Below are positions 60,946-64,000 of a stretch of 64,000 bases of DNA, piece after piece. The notes beneath the pieces are model-generated. The model searched no databases, was not told the origin of the DNA, and worked only from the letters and a program-made list of their open reading frames with translations. Position numbers and translations under genes: made by a program. Each line of letters opens with the position of its first letter. Position 1 is the stretch's first letter. Source of the DNA: an uncultured Erysipelotrichaceae bacterium (GTDB lineage Bacteria; Bacillota_I; Bacilli_A; RFN20; CAG-826). The stretch is taken from NCBI GenBank assembly GCA_900317295.1, contig ONGB01000005.1:340-64339 (forward strand), given 5' to 3'.

Positions 60946-62289
60946 TCAGTCGTTGATGTATTTTTCGATTTCCCAAGGGGTGATGAGGGTGCGGAAGCGA
61001 TCCCATTCGATTTCTTTGGCTTCGAGATACTTGTTATAGGTATGCTCGCCCAAGGTTTGATAAATCAAAGGATCGTTGCGCATTTCTTTTAAAGCGTCTT
61101 TTAGGTTCTCAGGAAGGTTCTGGATACCCATCGATTCGCGTTGCTCGCGCGAGAGGGCGAAGATGTTGTCATAAACCGGGGGCACCAGGTCTTTCTCTTT
61201 GAAGTTTTTGATGCCGTCCATACCCGCGGCCATGATACCCGCGAGGGCGAGGTAGGGGTTGCAGGTGCCATCGACGTGACGGAGTTCCGTGCGGGTGCCC
61301 ATGCCACGCGTCGCGGGAATGCGGATCATCGAGGAACGGTTCGCGTCGCTCCAGCAGACATAGCAAGGGGCCTCATAACCCGGGATCAAACGCTTATAGG
61401 AATTGACGGTCGGGTTGGTGATCGCGGAGAGGTTCCTCGCGTGTTTGATGATGCCGGAAATCCATTTCCTGCAGAGCAAAGAAAGCTTCATGGGATCGTT
61501 CGCGTCATAGAAAAGGTTGGTCCCATCCGCATCGGCGAGGGAGCAGTTGCAATGCATGCCGGATCCGTTGATCCCGGCGATGGGTTTGGGCATGAAGGTG
61601 GCCAAATACCCATGCTTTCTGGCGATGAATTTAACTACCTGCTTGAAAGTTTGAACGTTATCGCAGGCTTCCAAAACGTGGGCGAAACGGAAATTGATCT
61701 CCTCTTGGCCCGGGGCGACTTCGTGATGGACGGTCTGGATGGTGAAGTTGAGTTTTTCTAATTCCATGGCGATATCGCGGCGGACATATTCCGCGCCATC
61801 CATGGGGGAGAGATCGAAATAGGAGCCTTTGTCGACGGGATTGACGGTCGGTTGGCCGTTCTCATCCAATTTGAAAAGGAAGAATTCCGGTTCGAAACCG
61901 ACGTCCAACGCGGCGATGCCCAAATCGTTCAGGGCTTTGATCTGTTTTTTCAAAATATAACGGGGGTCGCCTTGGAAGGGTTTGCCATAGGAGGTATAGA
62001 CGTCGCAGATCAGGCGAGCGACTTTCCCATAGGTCTGATCCTCAAAGCTAAGGATCATCCAAGTATCGAGATCCGGACGGAGATACATATCCGCTTCTTT
62101 GATGCGGACAAAGCCTTCGATGGAGGACCCGTCGAACATGATGCGATTATCGAGGGCGCTCTCTAGTTGGCTAACGGAAATCTCGACGGCCTTGATGGTC
62201 CCCAAGATGTCGGTGAATTGAAGCCTGACGTAACCGACCTTCTCGTCTTTGGCGGATTTCAATATCGCCGCTTTGGTCATTTTCTTCAT
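60946..62289 (-). CDS. glnA: type I glutamine synthetase
   Basis: 447 aa; FDGSSIEGF, PKPIAGINGSGMHCN, SYKRLIPGYEAP. Confidence 0.96.
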   Translation of the reverse strand: MKKMTKAAILKSAKDEKVGYVRLQFTDILGTIKAVEISVSQLESALDNRIMFDGSSIEGFVRIKEADMYLRPDLDTWMILSFEDQTYGKVARLICDVYTSYGKPFQGDPRYILKKQIKALNDLGIAALDVGFEPEFFLFKLDENGQPTVNPVDKGSYFDLSPMDGAEYVRRDIAMELEKLNFTIQTVHHEVAPGQEEINFRFAHVLEACDNVQTFKQVVKFIARKHGYLATFMPKPIAGINGSGMHCNCSLADADGTNLFYDANDPMKLSLLCRKWISGIIKHARNLSAITNPTVNSYKRLIPGYEAPCYVCWSDANRSSMIRIPATRGMGTRTELRHVDGTCNPYLALAGIMAAGMDGIKNFKEKDLVPPVYDNIFALSREQRESMGIQNLPENLKDALKEMRNDPLIYQTLGEHTYNKYLEAKEIEWDRFRTLITPWEIEKYIND

Positions 62290-62521
62290 AATTGCTCCTT
62301 TTTGGGCAACAAACGTCCAAAATTATTCGTTTTTAGGAAAATAAGTCAATAGTTTTGTCTAAGCCGAATCAAAAACGCCTATTTTTCTAGCTTTTTTCGG
62401 GAATGGTTTTCGTGGGTATTTTCTTAAAATCCTCCGAAAATTCTCTTTTTGGGTGGTTTTGGCCTTGTTTGTTCGCCGTTTTTAGAAAACAGAATGCGTT
62501 ATTTTCTATCGTTTCTACCTT

Positions 62522-63037
62522 ATGGGAATCGGCTATAATTCCACCGGTATGTTAGAAGACCAATTGGCTGAGGCCAAATCCGCATTAAGAGACGTCAAAG
62601 AAGTCCTTTCTTCTTTCTCGATACCCATCGAGGGCACGTTCCGCGCTTTGACTTCCCTGCTTTTCCTAAGCGCGATGGAAAACGATAAGATCAATCCCTC
62701 CCGCGTGGAATTAATGGGGGCTTTGTCCAAAGACACCGACATCTCCTTCATCGACGAATTCGCCCAAATCCTAGATGTGGAAGAGGGACAGAAATTGATG
62801 TTGCTCCGTGAAAAAGCGGAATCCGCATTGCGGGATTATGAGGATTCTTTGCCTTCTTTCGCCGTTGCTTTATATCAAAAACGCAAAAAATGGATTCAAT
62901 ATCAAGACGGGCTCATGCTCATCGCCGATGCCTTTGGCTCCGCGGAAAGCATCTTCCCCGAACGTCCGAATAACGCCTTGGTCAAACCGGTGTTCGAGCG
63001 GATGATCCAACCCATCATCGGCCTAAACGAAAAATGA
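62522..63037 (+). CDS. hypothetical protein
   Basis: 171-aa ORF; no family recognised. Confidence 0.5.
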   Translation: MGIGYNSTGMLEDQLAEAKSALRDVKEVLSSFSIPIEGTFRALTSLLFLSAMENDKINPSRVELMGALSKDTDISFIDEFAQILDVEEGQKLMLLREKAESALRDYEDSLPSFAVALYQKRKKWIQYQDGLMLIADAFGSAESIFPERPNNALVKPVFERMIQPIIGLNEK

Positions 63038-63049
63038 AGCCCGCCGGCT

Positions 63050-63436
63050 TCATTTTTGTTGATTGAACTCTTTGATTCTTTGGAAGGTTTCTTCGGAAAT
63101 CGCATGCTCGATTTCACAGCAATCTTCCTTCGCCGTTTCCTCGCTTACGCCGAGGCGGCGGAGGAATTCTTCCAAGACATGATGTCTTTCTAAGGTCTTT
63201 TTCGCTACTTCGCGACCTTTCTCGGTCAATTTCATATCCCCATAATCCTTACGGGTGATGAGCTCCAAATCGATAAGTTCATGACCCATTTGGTGGACGG
63301 CGGGCTTAGAGATGCCGAGCATCTTCGCCACGCGGGTGGTTTCCAAAGGTTCATTCGACTCCTCAAGCATCAGAAGCGCTTCGAGGAAATCTTCCTTGGA
63401 TTGGCTATAGGGGTGGTCGCGTCTCATGCCACTCAT
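63050..63436 (-). CDS. DtxR/MntR-family metal-dependent regulator
   Basis: Start set at MSGMRRDHPYSQSKEDFLEALLML. HTH TTRVAKMLGISKPAVHQMGHEL, followed by a dimerisation/metal region (ERHHVLEEFL...CCEIEHAIS). The upstream part of the ORF-track ORF looks non-coding. Confidence 0.8.
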   Translation of the reverse strand: MSGMRRDHPYSQSKEDFLEALLMLEESNEPLETTRVAKMLGISKPAVHQMGHELIDLELITRKDYGDMKLTEKGREVAKKTLERHHVLEEFLRRLGVSEETAKEDCCEIEHAISEETFQRIKEFNQQK

Positions 63437-63530
63437 TTTAAGAAAGGCGGCGGATTTAGCAAGGGGAACGCCCTTTTTCGAAGGATAATCGCTTTCTTTT
63501 CCCTCGGTTTCCGTTAATATACCTATCGGT

Positions 63531-64000
63531 ATGAAGAGATTGATCCTCGTCTGCGGCCCCGCGGCCATCGGCAAGTCGACGTTCTCGAATAAGTTCTTTT
63601 CCGAGCACCCCAAAGAACGGTGCGTTATCCTCGCCGCGGATGAGGTCCGCAAGGATATGTACGGAAGCTATAAGAAATTCCCACCGGAATTCAACATGAT
63701 GATCGTCTATCGGGAGATGTTCCGCCGCGTGAAGGAACTCACCGACAAATACGAGGACATCACCATCCTCTTTGACACGACGATGCTTTATGACGAGCTG
63801 CGCCTCTTCATGCGCAGGCACATGCCCCAATTCGACGAATATCACCTCGTCTTATTGAAACTCCACGACTACTCTGTCTGCTTGCAGCGAAACCGCATGA
63901 GGGATCCGGATAAATGGGTGCCCGAGCACATCATCAAAAACATGTGCGAGCATTATGATGACCCGGGCAAAAACTGCCTGGACCACTTCGACCATTACGA
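63531..64000 (+). CDS. P-loop kinase, AAA_33-like (3' end cut by window edge)
   Basis: Own translation from ATG 63531: MKRLILVCGPAAIGKSTFSNKFF..., open to the window end. Confidence 0.7.
   Translation, partial: MKRLILVCGPAAIGKSTFSNKFFSEHPKERCVILAADEVRKDMYGSYKKFPPEFNMMIVYREMFRRVKELTDKYEDITILFDTTMLYDELRLFMRRHMPQFDEYHLVLLKLHDYSVCLQRNRMRDPDKWVPEHIIKNMCEHYDDPGKNCLDHFDHY

Noticed and set aside
62290-62521. GlnR/TnrA box upstream of glnA; noticed the inverted repeat TAGAAAA-N12-TTTTCTA at about 62483-62508
   Set aside because: It does not fit the TGTNA-N7-TNACA consensus, and it lies nearer the divergent 62522 gene. It was left uncalled.

Overview
This is a bacterial chromosomal window with Bacillota-like core gene order. 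All calls come from reading the sequence and ORF track by eye; no database, HMM, folding or GC computation was run. About 48 kb (15.5-64 kb) is conserved housekeeping, almost all on the minus strand. In transcription order it holds glnA, a queuosine operon (queT-tgt-queA-queH) with a candidate preQ1 riboswitch, and the complete S10-spc-alpha ribosomal cluster (rpsJ to rplQ). These are followed by cysS, rlmB, a sigH-like sigma factor, and rpmG-secE-nusG. A 5 kb accessory insert then precedes rplK-rplA-rplJ-rplL, a ybxB-like methyltransferase and rpoB-rpoC. The insert carries an ArsR/P-type ATPase pair, a YfcE-like phosphoesterase, a TnpB-like gene and a hypothetical gene. The left 15 kb is an accessory island, visibly more AT-rich in places. 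It contains IS30-family transposase debris in three pieces and two paralogous secreted beta-rich proteins, each coupled to ABC-transporter genes. It also contains an orphan metallo-beta-lactamase-fold protein. The most interesting feature is a compact low-GC operon (10.1-15.0 kb). This operon encodes an ABC/AAA_15-21-type ATPase, a small TOPRIM (RloB/DUF4435-like) protein, and a large protein with an unknown N-terminal region fused to an SF1 RecD/Dda-like helicase. It resembles a disassembled OLD/Gabija or a PARIS/AbiL pair plus a helicase. No rRNA, tRNA or CRISPR array was seen.
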